Of a DNA stretch of 32,227 nucleotides, positions 32,082 to 32,227 are shown in pieces. The stretch covers positions 1 through 32,227 of IMG/VR virus record IMGVR_UViG_3300012139_000001; one strand, given 5' to 3'. Made by a program: the position numbers and the translations under genes. This stretch comes from a virus. The notes below the pieces were generated by a model. That model worked only from the letters and a program-made list of their open reading frames with translations, made no database searches and was not told where the DNA came from. Numbering within the stretch: the stretch's first letter is position 1; every line of letters begins with the position of its first letter.

Positions 32082-32227
32082 TCATTTTAGAGTTATTGGG
32101 TTTGAGTGTGTTGGTTGGGTTGGCTGGGTTCCGCGTGTGGCGGATCGTTGCGGTAGACACGATCTTTGATAGGCCGCGGGAACGCGTGCTAAATGGTGCG
32201 CCCGTGTGGGTGCAAGACCTCGTCTAT
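32078..32227 (+). CDS. DUF1360-like membrane protein, 5' part (continues at nt 124 of the window through the terminal overlap)
   Basis: ATG 32078 overlaps the upstream stop (ATGA). The translation MIILELLGLSVLVGLAGFRVWRIV runs into the sequence also seen at nt 1-270. Confidence 0.6.
   Translation, partial: MIILELLGLSVLVGLAGFRVWRIVAVDTIFDRPRERVLNGAPVWVQDLVY
32105..32227. repeat. Terminal overlap, copy 2 (identical to 1-123)
   Basis: The 123 nt are identical by direct comparison. Confidence 0.95.

Overview
The window is a complete, circularly closed genome of about 32.1 kb from a tailed, siphovirus-type dsDNA phage; nt 1-123 are identical to nt 32105-32227. The protein families, frequent GTG/TTG starts, TANNNT-type -10 boxes and fairly high GC suggest an actinobacterial host, but this is inference. 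Layout: (i) A leftward early/replication arm on the minus strand (306-9353) carries a family A DNA polymerase, a DUF2815 SSB-like protein, a C5 cytosine methyltransferase, a DUF2800/Cas4-like nuclease, an SNF2 helicase, VRR-NUC, two small HTH proteins, three tiny acidic proteins, and one isolated plus-strand gene. (ii) A rightward primase-helicase gene lies at 9449-11935. (iii) A 325-bp AT-rich gap follows. (iv) One long rightward late operon holds terS/terL, a portal-MuF fusion, the protease, capsid genes, repeat-decorated structural proteins and head-tail connectors. It continues with an embedded lysis cassette, a chaperone pair with a -1 frameshift, the tape measure and the tail tip, then crosses the window junction and ends at 270. 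I saw no integrase, repressor, tRNA, CRISPR array or reverse transcriptase. Main hunt results: (1) The palindrome TGATCA (about 70 by hand count against about 8 expected) and the 8-mer AGTTGATC/GATCAACT (at least 22 against about 1 expected) are extremely over-represented across unrelated genes, reading frames and control regions. (2) There are two families of start-associated sequences: TTGTTGATCATG on late genes and GGAGAAACAGAAATG leaders on early genes. (3) Three near-identical early promoters (AACTTGACA-N17-TAGNNT) are present, two of them forming a perfect back-to-back inverted repeat. (4) The first genes of one early transcript encode three small, very acidic proteins, which are anti-defence candidates. 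(5) A Trp-bounded, CBM5/12-like module of about 55 aa occurs six times in two adjacent virion genes. (6) The structural gene order is unusual, with the lysis cassette sitting inside the head-tail connector genes. Functional calls rest on motif recognition by eye, not on database searches. Motif coordinates derived by hand may be off by 1-2 nt.
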